A stretch of DNA of 64,000 nucleotides from Chthoniobacteraceae bacterium (GTDB lineage: Bacteria; Verrucomicrobiota; Verrucomicrobiia; Chthoniobacterales; Chthoniobacteraceae), in assembly GCA_037190965.1 (NCBI GenBank), contig JBBCKI010000018.1, forward strand, positions 14,283 to 78,282, written 5' to 3'. Under the pieces are notes generated by a model. That model had not been told where the DNA came from, made no database searches, and saw only the letters and a program-made list of their open reading frames with translations. The position numbers were made by a program, and so were the translations under genes. This document shows positions 29,919-39,015 of this stretch, one piece after another (position 1 is the first letter of the stretch; every line of letters begins with the position of its first letter).

Positions 29919-31394
29919 CTAGCTTAATTGCACGGGAAGGTCTTCCATCGGGATCCCGAGCGCTTTGGCGACGCCGGTTCCATACGCAGGATCGGCGCGG
30001 AAGAAGTGGCAGAGTTGGCGCATTACAATAGGCTTTGGCACGCCTGCCATTGAACGGCCGATGTTGCCAAACAGACGCTGCTGGGCCGCCGCGTCCATGA
30101 GCCGGAAGAGATCGCCCGCCTGCGTATAGTCATCGTTGCCGTCGCGGTGATTGTATCGGTCGGCATTGCCGTCGATGCGGAGCGGAGGCTCGGCGAAGGC
30201 GGGGCACTGCTGCGGGCCGTTGAAGCTATTGGGCTCGTAGTTGACGCCCTTGCTCGCCTTGCCAAGCTGCATCGCGCCGTCGCGTTGGTAATTGGCGTAG
30301 GGGCATTTTGGCGCGTTGACCGGGATCTGGTGATGGTTGACCCCGAGGCGGTAGCGGTGCGCATCGGCATAAGCGAAGATGCGCGCCTGAAGCATCTTGT
30401 CGGGGGAGTGCCCGATGCCGCGCACGATGTTCGAGGGCGCGAAGGCGGCCTGTTCCACTTCGGCGAAGTAATTCTCGGGGTTCCGGTTCAACTCCAGGAT
30501 GCCGACCTCGATGAGCGGGTAATCCTTATGCGACCAGACCTTGGTGAGGTCGAACGGATTCCAGCGGTATGTTTCAGCTTCCTTTTCCGGCATGATCTGG
30601 ACGCAGACGCGCCAGCGCGGGAAGTTGCCTTTCTCGATGTTCTCGAAGAGATCGCGCTGTGCGCTCTCGCGGTCCTGGCCGACGACCTGGGCGGCCTCCT
30701 CGTCGGTGTAGAAGGTGATGCCCTGGAGCGATTTGAAGTGGAACTTCACCCAGAAGCGTTCCCCCGCGTCATTGTAGAAGCTGTAGGTGTGCGAGCCGAA
30801 GCCGTGGATCTGGCGGTAGTTGCGCGGCAGGCCGCGGTCGCCCATCAGGATGGTGACCTGGTGCAGCGATTCGGGCGAGAGGCTCCAGAAATCCCACGCG
30901 GAGGTTCCGTTGCGGAGATTCGTTTCCGGGTCGCGCTTCTGCGTGTGAATGAAATCGGGGAACTTGAGCGGATCGCGGACGAAGAAGACCGGCGTGTTGT
31001 TGCCGACGAGGTCGAAGTTGCCTTCCTGCGTGTAGAATTTGAGGGCGAAGCCGCGCACGTCGCGCTCCGCGTCGGCCGCGCCGCGCTCACCTGCCACGGT
31101 GGAGAAACGAAGAACCACCGGTGTTTCCAGCCCGGCTTTGCTGAAAAGGTGCGCGCTGGTATAGCGGGAGAGGTCGTTGATAACCGTGAAGGTGCCGTGA
31201 GCGGCGGAGCCTTTGGCATGGACAATCCGCTCCGGGATGCGCTCGCGGTTGAAGTGGGCGAGCTTTTCAGTCAACCAGAAATCCTGCATGAGAACCGGGC
31301 CGCGGGGGCCTGCGGTCAGCGAATTCTGATTGTCGGGCACAGGAGCGCCGGCGGCGGTGGTGAGCTGAACAGGTTTTGGATCGGTATCAGACAT
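29919..31394 (-). CDS. katA: Monofunctional heme catalase (small subunit)
   Basis: [44 protein letters not shown] and [15 protein letters not shown]. Confidence 0.97.
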   Translation of the reverse strand: MSDTDPKPVQLTTAAGAPVPDNQNSLTAGPRGPVLMQDFWLTEKLAHFNRERIPERIVHAKGSAAHGTFTVINDLSRYTSAHLFSKAGLETPVVLRFSTVAGERGAADAERDVRGFALKFYTQEGNFDLVGNNTPVFFVRDPLKFPDFIHTQKRDPETNLRNGTSAWDFWSLSPESLHQVTILMGDRGLPRNYRQIHGFGSHTYSFYNDAGERFWVKFHFKSLQGITFYTDEEAAQVVGQDRESAQRDLFENIEKGNFPRWRVCVQIMPEKEAETYRWNPFDLTKVWSHKDYPLIEVGILELNRNPENYFAEVEQAAFAPSNIVRGIGHSPDKMLQARIFAYADAHRYRLGVNHHQIPVNAPKCPYANYQRDGAMQLGKASKGVNYEPNSFNGPQQCPAFAEPPLRIDGNADRYNHRDGNDDYTQAGDLFRLMDAAAQQRLFGNIGRSMAGVPKPIVMRQLCHFFRADPAYGTGVAKALGIPMEDLPVQLS

Positions 31395-31444
31395 AAAGTT
31401 TTCCAGAGGTTCGGGTTGAGCCCAAGATGTAGCACGATCTCTGG

Positions 31445-31492
31445 ATAGGTTTGAAATATCGGTTTCCTATCGGTATGATAGGTGATTCCTAT
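31445..31492. promoter_or_regulatory. OxyR-type binding site between divergent katA and oxyR
   Basis: ATAG-N7-ATAT-N7-CTAT-N7-ATAG-N7-CTAT with exact 11-bp periodicity, overlapping the LysR start codon. Confidence 0.75.
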
Positions 31493-32372
31493 GGAGTTTC
31501 ACCAAATTCGTTACTTTCTCGCTGTCGCGAGAACCGCCAATTTCAGCCGCGCCGCGAGGGACTGCCACGTTTCCCAGCCTTCCCTGAGCCAGCAGATCAT
31601 GAAGCTGGAGGATGAACTTGGGGAACCGCTCTTTCACAGGCAGCCGCAGGGGGCCGCCCTGACGGGGGCGGGGCATCTGTTTCTCTCGCACGCGGAGCGG
31701 ATTGTGGTGGAGATGGAGGAGGCGCAACGCCGCGTTCGGGAGAGCGGCGGGAGCGTGCGCGGGCGGTTGATGCTGGGGGCTCTTCCGACGATTGCTCCCT
31801 ACCTCCTTTCCAGGCTACTGGTGCCGTTTGCCAGGGAGTTCCCGGAGGTGGAGGTCATCGTTCAGGAAGAGATCACGCCGCGCCTCGTGGAGGCGGTTCA
31901 TTCCGGTGATCTGGATCTCGCGCTTCTCAGCCTTCCCGTGCCGGGGGCTGCACTGGAGCGGGTGGAGCTTTTTGAAGAGCCGCTGTTGCTCGTTGTGCCG
32001 AAGGCGCACCCGTTGGCTCGCAAAAAGCAGGTGGTGATGGCCGATCTCCCCCAGGAGAAATTCATCCTGATGCAGGAAGGGCATTGCCTCGCCGATCAGG
32101 CGTTGGAGTTCTGCCACACCCGAGGCGATTTTTCCCCCAGCGTAAGTTGCCGCAGCGCGCAGATAGCGACGTTGCTCGCGCTGGTGGAAACCGGGTTGGG
32201 GCTTTCCATTGTGCCGGAGATGGCGGCAATCCCAAAAAAAGGGGTGGTCTATCGTGAGATCGGACCGACGCCGCCGAAACGGAAGGTCGGCTTTGTTTGG
32301 CGGAGCAACCGGTTTCAGCCGTTGGCGGCGGCGAAGTTCGTGGAGCGAGCTTCCTCGACGTTTTGCGAATAG
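31491..32372 (+). CDS. oxyR: LysR-family H2O2 sensor OxyR
   Basis: LysR HTH (NFSRAARDCHVSQPSLSQQIMKLE), GALPTIAPYLL and redox Cys pair EGHCLADQALEFC. Divergent from catalase. Confidence 0.85.
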   Translation: MEFHQIRYFLAVARTANFSRAARDCHVSQPSLSQQIMKLEDELGEPLFHRQPQGAALTGAGHLFLSHAERIVVEMEEAQRRVRESGGSVRGRLMLGALPTIAPYLLSRLLVPFAREFPEVEVIVQEEITPRLVEAVHSGDLDLALLSLPVPGAALERVELFEEPLLLVVPKAHPLARKKQVVMADLPQEKFILMQEGHCLADQALEFCHTRGDFSPSVSCRSAQIATLLALVETGLGLSIVPEMAAIPKKGVVYREIGPTPPKRKVGFVWRSNRFQPLAAAKFVERASSTFCE

Positions 32373-32405
32373 TGTCCTGAGTCAGAGAAGTCTCGTAATA
32401 TTTCC

Positions 32406-32554
32406 CTCGTTCCCAAACCCTGTTTGGGAACGCCTGTGTCTTCGAAACTCCAGTTTCGCAACCCTGTCCGTTCCGGCGCCCTGCACGAGGTGACGAAGCT
32501 TTCGAATCAGAGATTCGAGGACAATGGCGTTACCAATCTGGAGAGTGGTAACGA
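32406..32554. repeat. REPIN-like element, family 3 (CTCGTTCCCAAAC...TTTGGGAACG type)
   Basis: Terminal inverted repeats CTCGTT(C/A)CC, each end itself a small hairpin, with internal CGAAACTCCAGTTTCG. Confidence 0.65.
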
Positions 32555-32587
32555 GGAAATTCAGAAAGATTAGTACGTTGAAGAAAA

Positions 32588-32666
32588 GGCCGCACAAGCA
32601 CGAGTTGTTGAGAAGAGGAAACAAGGGCCTTTGGCCATAGGCGGCGTCGCGGAGCTCCGCCCTCCA
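32588..32666. repeat. Family-2 REP with 5' extension (direct repeat of 24155-24230)
   Basis: CACAAGC.CGAGTTG...AGAAGA.GAAA...GGGCCTTTGGCCAT.GGCG.CGTCG.GGA.CTCCGCCCTCCA is present in both. Confidence 0.75.
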
Positions 32667-32726
32667 TCTCCCGCAGAGCCCGCGCGGCGCTCGCAAAATC
32701 AACGGCTACATCTTTATTCAAACGCA

Positions 32727-35006
32727 CTATCGGGATGAGGCCTCTGGTTTCGATTCAATAAAATAGGCGCGATCAAGGAAGGTGCTTCCTTCGTTCCCTT
32801 CGGCCCCGTCAGCTGCGGCCAGGAAGAAATAGTCCAGTGTTTTGAAACTGCCCGTGCCGACTTCGATCGTGTGATACTTTTGGCCTTGGCGAAGGCTCAG
32901 CTCCTTTCTCAGGATTGGCTTCGCGGACTGGTGTTGGTTCACCCCAAGAGTGATCTTTCCCTCGGACTTTCCTTCATGCCTGACAACGGCGTAGACTTTC
33001 CAGTTTTTACCTTCCATGCTTCGGGGAAGGTCAAGCGATACGAAGGGCGCGTTGGCTGTGTGCACAAGCTTTGCGGCGGAATTTTGTGAAGCTGTCTTAT
33101 CCGGAACCAGGAAGGTACGAGTTCCATAACCCCACAGATCCATCCTGAACCCCGGAAAGACAACAACCCTATCTTTGCCGGTGAGCTCCGGCAACGGTCC
33201 CATCGGAAGGCAGCGAATCTTTAGCACTTCGGCCGCTTCCTTGATCGAGCCCCAGCCGTTCGATTTTACGTTGATATCGATGCCTGCATCTTCCGCATCG
33301 ATGACTAGCTGATCGCACGCTTTGATGGCTTCATCATCGGATTGGAAAAGAACCGTCGCAGTGCCGCCCTGGCGCAGTTCGGGATAGCGCAGAAGAACCA
33401 TATAGTCCAACGCGATGCGCTCGATCTTTACCCGGCGCAATAGGACAGGATCTTGGATGACGCTCTTTTGAGCTTGATCAAAAAGCTCACGGGCTTTGTT
33501 CAATGTCTCGGCGGAAAAAGGCATGTGTGAAGCTCCGTTGCCGGACATCGTGACATCTGCCTTGTTTGCGGCGGCGTCCATCAGCCTCAGGTACTGATAG
33601 AGATCTTTGCCTGCCGCTCCATAGTAGCCGTTCAAGTAACGTTGGATAAGGGCATTGGCATCCGCCTTTGGATTCCATAGGAGATGCTGGATCAGCCATG
33701 CACGCATGCCCATGAAGTCGGTGACTTGCGCCTTCGTGGGGCCTTGCGAGAAGACGCCGATGACATCATTCTGCGCGAAGAGTTGCAGGTTCTCTCTTTG
33801 GCGAAAAAGATTCGGGCGAAGTTTCAGCGCATCATTGAAGTCTGGCGTATAATCCCAAACGAATATTTGTTTGGAGATCGCCTTCCAATCCCCAAGATCG
33901 CGACGGAATTTTGGGTTTCGCTTGTCGGAGAAGGCCATCGAATGGTCTTCCGTATAACTGCACAGGCGGATCAGGACATTGTCGTCAGGCTTCACCTTCA
34001 AGGGCGCTTTGACGGAGTAAAAGTAAGCCAATGTCTCCACCAGAACATCGGGATGAGACTTCTTCACTTCTCTGGCGATGTCGTTGACGTAGCGAATCAG
34101 CGGGCCGCTGGGAGATCCTTCCTCTTTCTCGACCTCAAGGCACCGGGCGCATTGGCAGCGGTTGTTGTTGTCGTTTTGTGAGAGAGAAATGATTTTTGGG
34201 TTGTCCGCTTTGGCGAGGCGGGTAAGGACGATCTCCAGCATTTTGGCCTTGGCTTCCTCATTGGTCAGGCAGATCTGCCCTTTCAACTGTTCCCATCCAA
34301 TCCGCTTCCCGTTGACCTCTGCGCCCCATTCCGGATGCTTTGCCGCATAGACACTTGACGGCATGAAGCGATCGAAAGTATGCACCCAGCCGATGAAGCT
34401 GAGATTGCCTCCCAGCGTCGCAGGTAACCCTTTGTCATCGGCCTGCCCATTGCGTTTGAGCTTTGCCGCAAACTCGGGGTTGTTGGAGATGTCACTAAAA
34501 TAGGCGTCCCGATAGATAAACTGTGGGGAGTAAGCAATATTGAGGTCAGGAATGATCAGTTCCGGCTTGCTTGGGATCGTGCTGTCTTTCGAAGTCCACC
34601 ATTCGCAACCCACGACCTCCTCCAGGAAATGATACACGGCGTAGAGCGTGCCCCGGGGATCGCCGCCGGCAAGGATCAGGTCGGTTCCTTTGGTTTTGAT
34701 GAGGATGTCATCGGACTTCAGGCGGTTCCAACGCACGTCGGGGAGAAGTCGCCGGGTGTCCTGACTGACACCGACATGGATCTTGGCTTTCTTCTCCGAT
34801 TTTTCACTTTCGTCGGAAATCGGAAACTTCGCGCCGGTGACCTCTTCCAGATACTTCTGAAGCTCCTTCGCCGCAGTCTGGGTGGTCAGGGATGCGTCAC
34901 GTGGGGTAACGATGGTGAAATCCGTTGCGCTCTTTTCGGCCAAGGTCAAGGCTAGGGCGGGCTGGCATAGCGCGAGAAGAGCAACGGATAGAAGATGATT
35001 TCTCAT
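32727..35006 (-). CDS. Secreted DUF4838 domain protein (putative glycan-active enzyme, GH67/GH20-like N-domain)
   Basis: Signal peptide at MRNHLLSVALL, AAKELQKYLEEVTG, GGDPRGTLYAVY.FLE, HTF...HPEW, QICLTN, SQNDNNNRCQC..C and LLWNP. Confidence 0.78.
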   Translation of the reverse strand: MRNHLLSVALLALCQPALALTLAEKSATDFTIVTPRDASLTTQTAAKELQKYLEEVTGAKFPISDESEKSEKKAKIHVGVSQDTRRLLPDVRWNRLKSDDILIKTKGTDLILAGGDPRGTLYAVYHFLEEVVGCEWWTSKDSTIPSKPELIIPDLNIAYSPQFIYRDAYFSDISNNPEFAAKLKRNGQADDKGLPATLGGNLSFIGWVHTFDRFMPSSVYAAKHPEWGAEVNGKRIGWEQLKGQICLTNEEAKAKMLEIVLTRLAKADNPKIISLSQNDNNNRCQCARCLEVEKEEGSPSGPLIRYVNDIAREVKKSHPDVLVETLAYFYSVKAPLKVKPDDNVLIRLCSYTEDHSMAFSDKRNPKFRRDLGDWKAISKQIFVWDYTPDFNDALKLRPNLFRQRENLQLFAQNDVIGVFSQGPTKAQVTDFMGMRAWLIQHLLWNPKADANALIQRYLNGYYGAAGKDLYQYLRLMDAAANKADVTMSGNGASHMPFSAETLNKARELFDQAQKSVIQDPVLLRRVKIERIALDYMVLLRYPELRQGGTATVLFQSDDEAIKACDQLVIDAEDAGIDINVKSNGWGSIKEAAEVLKIRCLPMGPLPELTGKDRVVVFPGFRMDLWGYGTRTFLVPDKTASQNSAAKLVHTANAPFVSLDLPRSMEGKNWKVYAVVRHEGKSEGKITLGVNQHQSAKPILRKELSLRQGQKYHTIEVGTGSFKTLDYFFLAAADGAEGNEGSTFLDRAYFIESKPEASSR

Positions 35007-35020
35007 GGAGAATATGAGGT

Positions 35021-36142
35021 TCAAACTGCGATTGCTAACTGTAAATGTTGACGAAACCACGCCAAAGGAATGAGGCGCTGGCGAAGGTGGGTCATATGGA
35101 AGGAGCCATCGGCAAGCGGTTCCCCGGCGGAGAGTTTCCAGTCGTAGTAAGTGAGGAGAACATTCTCCCCGGTCACGTTCCAGCTCACATAGCCGTAGCT
35201 TCGCGTGCGGTCGTGCTCCAACGTGACGGGAGGGCTCCATGTCGCGCCATTATCGGAGGAGGCAGCAAAGGCGATGTCATGGCGTTCAAACCAGCGGCCG
35301 GTGTAAGGGGTATTGCACCAGAAGATCCATAGGTCAGAAGACTGGGGATCGCGAACAACGGTGGCGGGTGCCTCGGCTGACGGAATGGTGGATTGGCCCA
35401 GCTCCACCCATGACGCGCCTTCTTCATACGATCGAGCTTGGTAGAGATAGCCCAACTTGGTGCGAATGGTCATGTAAAGGGAGCCGTCGGCACACTCTGC
35501 AATTCCGGGTTCCATCAAGGCGGCATCACTCAACTTCAGATCATCGCTGGCCGCCCAGTTCATCCCGTCGTCATCGGAATAGAGGCAATAGATCAGTTGA
35601 CGATCATAGTGGTCATAGATCGGGCCCGGCGTGTAAGCGAGGGGAGCGATGATTCGTCCATTCGTTGTCCGGATCACCCGGGCATTGTTGATGATATGGT
35701 AGCCAATACGTTTGGTAATCGGCTCGGGATGAGTCCACGTTTCGCCTTCATCGGTGGAAACCGATTGGTAGATCTGCGAAAGGCTCTCGTGAACCGGCGC
35801 TCCCTCCGGCGCGGGATTGCGTCCAATCAGGATCAAATGGATCCCGCGCGGGGTGCGGAAAAAATTGGGAGAAATCACGTCGATGACACCGTCCCATACG
35901 GCTTGGACAACGTGTGGAGTGCCATCCCAGGTTTTTCCGCCGTCGTTGGAGTACATGCCGACGATGGCGGCTTCACTGAAATCGTCGCCGCCGGATTTCT
36001 GCCCCCAGGCGACCAGGAGACGACCATCAGTGAGTTCGATGGCCGCGGCTTCGCTTTGGCGGGGGTGAGCCGTTGTCGCTGCGGCAATAATCCTGCTCTC
36101 GCCTGGCGCGTCGATGCGCTCTGCGGAAAATGTCTTATTCAT
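35021..36142 (-). CDS. Sialidase-like BNR/Asp-box beta-propeller protein (no signal peptide)
   Basis: Five Asp-box-like motifs: SNDGGKTW, STDEGETW, SDDDGMNW, SYEEGASW, SSDNGATW. Confidence 0.82.
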   Translation of the reverse strand: MNKTFSAERIDAPGESRIIAAATTAHPRQSEAAAIELTDGRLLVAWGQKSGGDDFSEAAIVGMYSNDGGKTWDGTPHVVQAVWDGVIDVISPNFFRTPRGIHLILIGRNPAPEGAPVHESLSQIYQSVSTDEGETWTHPEPITKRIGYHIINNARVIRTTNGRIIAPLAYTPGPIYDHYDRQLIYCLYSDDDGMNWAASDDLKLSDAALMEPGIAECADGSLYMTIRTKLGYLYQARSYEEGASWVELGQSTIPSAEAPATVVRDPQSSDLWIFWCNTPYTGRWFERHDIAFAASSDNGATWSPPVTLEHDRTRSYGYVSWNVTGENVLLTYYDWKLSAGEPLADGSFHMTHLRQRLIPLAWFRQHLQLAIAV

Positions 36143-36233
36143 TCAAATATCGTTCTATCGCGCGAAGGGAACGCGGAGGGTGGGCCCGTCAGCCCCAACT
36201 AATTGCTTTGTGGGCTTGAGGGCTGCGGAATTT

Positions 36234-37025
36234 CTACCAGTTGTCAACGGGAGCAGGAGCCCGGGGATAGACGATCTCGTCGTTGTAGGCCCAGAGGTCG
36301 ACGTTGATTGAGCCTTGGCCGCTCCAGACGAGCGTTTTCGTTTCAAGTGTCTCTACATGGCCGTCGACGAACAGGCAGTTGATGCGCCCGTCATGCCAGG
36401 AGAGATCCCTGATCGCGCTGGCCCAGGTTGAGCCGTTGGGATAGATCGCCCGAGTTCCGGAGTCGGCCCATGGGAACTCTGCTACAATAATGGTGCGGCT
36501 CGGTTTTGTGACATCGGTAAGCTTGCGGTGGAATAGGAACATGTTCCCTGAATAGCTATGGAGATTGATGCCCCATTTCGACATGTCGGCGGCCTCAGGA
36601 ATTCCGTTTTTAGCCCCCAGTTTCTTCAGTCCACCCTTGGTCGGATCGCTGGGGCAGACATAGACCGGGTTTTCGACTCCCAGAGGATAAGCGGGCGTGC
36701 CAGACCAGGTTGCTTTTGGTCCGATATAGCCATCGGTGATCTCCACCAGCCATTGGTTTACGGGCTGGTAAGGATTCGTCCCCTTGGGCATCGGGGTGAT
36801 CATGTTGTCATGCTCCCCGAGGTAAACGTTGATGGCTGTCCCGATTTGGCGAAGGTTCGAGATGCACTTCGCCATGCTGGAACTTTTTTTAACCGCCCCA
36901 ACCGTGGGTAGCAGAATCGCAATTAGAATGGCAATGATGAGGCTCGTTACCAACAGTTCGACGAGCGTAAAGCCATGACGGCTGTTCCTGTCTTTGGGTC
37001 TCGCGCTCAGGATTTGGGGGTTCAT
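36234..37025 (-). CDS. Prepilin-type N-terminal cleavage/methylation protein with H-X9-DG domain (DUF1559-like)
   Basis: G|FTLVELLV, CISNLRQIG, CPSD and H-DGRINCLFV-DGHV. Confidence 0.9.
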   Translation of the reverse strand: MNPQILSARPKDRNSRHGFTLVELLVTSLIIAILIAILLPTVGAVKKSSSMAKCISNLRQIGTAINVYLGEHDNMITPMPKGTNPYQPVNQWLVEITDGYIGPKATWSGTPAYPLGVENPVYVCPSDPTKGGLKKLGAKNGIPEAADMSKWGINLHSYSGNMFLFHRKLTDVTKPSRTIIVAEFPWADSGTRAIYPNGSTWASAIRDLSWHDGRINCLFVDGHVETLETKTLVWSGQGSINVDLWAYNDEIVYPRAPAPVDNW

Positions 37026-37067
37026 GAGAGGAAGGGGGCGATGGTGAATGGCTCTCAAAAGAAACGA

Positions 37068-37793
37068 CTAGGGTTTCGATTGGATGGCGCTTGAGGGAGG
37101 TGAAAACTCAGCCTTCTCATTGCTCCAACGAAGGTAATCGAGATGGTAGGTTCCGCCGATGTAGTCGGAGAAGTCTCCAATCGCAACGGCGTTTCTGGAG
37201 AGTGTCGCGCCTCTCACGTTGGAGAAAATAGCATTATTATCTCCCGCGGCGTACAGGGAGGCTGCCCCGTTTTGAAACGCAATCCTGTATTCGTTAAAGA
37301 GAGTGTTGTCGATTCCCTCAATCGCTTTGACTGACGCCCCGTTTGCAGTGATTCCGCTGATTCCGAAGAAGAAGGTCACGTAATGCTGGCCGTCGGAGAC
37401 TTGGATGGCAAACCCCGGTCGCAACCCATTATCCACAGGGCCAACCGTATCTGAAATCTTGATCCGGAAATCGACGGTCGACCCTTTCTCAGGATCGCTG
37501 AGCCACGCTTCGGTGGGCGCGTGGGTGGGAGAGAATTTTCCAAGAGTCCAGAACAGGCGCGTATTGGGATTTCCCACGGAGCTGACTCTTAGCGATCGGG
37601 TTTCGTCAACGTCCACGATGGCCGCCATGGCATCGCCCGAATTTCCTAAGACGTTCCATTGCGGATTGCTTTCAACGGCATCGGGCAAGGCATCGCCTTC
37701 GTAGGAACCAGTGTAGTCGATGGCTGTGCCGCCATACACCGGCGTCGAAAGAAGTACGGCGGCTGCCAGGGAGGATCGCAGGTTGTGGATCAT
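37068..37793 (-). CDS. Secreted beta-sandwich protein, paralog of the upstream PEP-CTERM protein but lacking the anchor
   Basis: Signal peptide. Shares Y..SY...ALP, T.DFR, F.IQV.D, YRI....G.AS.Y and RNA...GD.S....G.Y.LDYL.WSN..AEF with 37825-38652. Confidence 0.7.
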   Translation of the reverse strand: MIHNLRSSLAAAVLLSTPVYGGTAIDYTGSYEGDALPDAVESNPQWNVLGNSGDAMAAIVDVDETRSLRVSSVGNPNTRLFWTLGKFSPTHAPTEAWLSDPEKGSTVDFRIKISDTVGPVDNGLRPGFAIQVSDGQHYVTFFFGISGITANGASVKAIEGIDNTLFNEYRIAFQNGAASLYAAGDNNAIFSNVRGATLSRNAVAIGDFSDYIGGTYHLDYLRWSNEKAEFSPPSSAIQSKP

Positions 37794-37824
37794 GAGAAGA
37801 AGTTGCTCAATCGGGAAGAGTTGG

Positions 37825-38652
37825 CTAATTTTTTCGCGCATTTAACTTCCGGCGCAGAGGAGCGAGAGTGGCGCCGCCAAGGAACAGCCCGAGCAGCGCG
37901 GTGACTCCGGGTTCCGGAATGGGCGCAGCGAATTCGGCCACCGAGTTGCTCCATTGCAGGTAGTCCAGATTGTATGAACCTGAGACTCCGCTGGAAATAT
38001 CGCCGAAGAGGATTGCATTTCGCCCTGCGACGCCCGCGCCAGTCACATCCTTGAAGATGGGGTTTGCAATGCCTTCCACATAGAAGCTGGCTTTGCCATC
38101 CTTGATGACGATGCGGTAGTTCTTAAAGCCGCTGCTATTGTCGTAGCCTTCGGCACTGAGCCCTGATGTGCCCGAATAGGTGAATCCAGTCGTGCCAATA
38201 TGAAAGGTGTAAGAGTTGGCACTGGTTTGATCGGTAACCTGAATGGTGAAACCGCCTCGGGCAGTAGAGGTGGTTGTGCCGACCTGGGCGGTTACCTGAA
38301 GGCGGAAATCGATTGTTGCAGTGCTGGTATTCCAGACACCAGGCGTGCTGCCGGCGTATGCGGTGTTGGCGCTGCTGTTCCCCACAGCCCAAAATTGGTT
38401 GGAAGTGATGGTGGTTGTCGATACGGAGAGAATTCCGTTGGCGACAGAGGCTGTCCCACCGCTGGCGCCGATATGCCAGAGAGGGTCGGCAGTGGTTCCT
38501 GCGGTTGCGGAGGGGAGCGCGTTTGCGAGGTAGGAGCTTGTGTAGACAACAGCTGCCGAGGCCAGGGAAGGCGAGAGGAGGGGCAACGTCGCGATCAATG
38601 CGAACTTTAATATCCGAACAGCAGGGGAGCTCTTGGAATCAGAGGTGTTCAT
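37825..38652 (-). CDS. PEP-CTERM surface protein
   Basis: Signal peptide and C-terminal IPEPGVTALLGLFLGGATLAPLRRK. Confidence 0.88.
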   Translation of the reverse strand: MNTSDSKSSPAVRILKFALIATLPLLSPSLASAAVVYTSSYLANALPSATAGTTADPLWHIGASGGTASVANGILSVSTTTITSNQFWAVGNSSANTAYAGSTPGVWNTSTATIDFRLQVTAQVGTTTSTARGGFTIQVTDQTSANSYTFHIGTTGFTYSGTSGLSAEGYDNSSGFKNYRIVIKDGKASFYVEGIANPIFKDVTGAGVAGRNAILFGDISSGVSGSYNLDYLQWSNSVAEFAAPIPEPGVTALLGLFLGGATLAPLRRKLNARKN

Positions 38653-39015
38653 GGGTTGTCTTTGGAAAGATCGCTAGCTAGGCGTTGAGAACCAGGCGTC
38701 GCGGGTTTGTTTTTCTTAGAAGTAAAAAGGGGCGAGCCACAGGTCAGGAGGGGGCGCGGCGTGTCGTCTGAAACGCACAGGTGTTGCCCCGGGTCGAGTG
38801 GCGGAATCCCCGTTTCGTTGAGCTCTTTATAGATTTCCCAGGAGCCTTTCGTCAATAAATAATTTCGATTAGTTTTGGATGAGTTTGCACTCTTTTCCAG
38901 CCAAGCCGGGTCAGGCACGGTTGGGTCGGATCGCCCTGGCTTTCATGATTTGACATCGCTTTTTCCTCGTGCAACGATCCGGAAGATCGTCAACGCTTCC
39001 TCACTATCTTTCGAA

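Noticed and set aside
32382..32727. Short ORFs between oxyR and the DUF4838 gene (and 24016-24443)
   Set aside because: They run through REP/REPIN repeats, and their mutual similarity comes from the repeat.
35007..35240. N-terminal extension of the DUF4838 ORF
   Set aside because: It overlaps the sialidase-like gene. The signal peptide starts at 35006.
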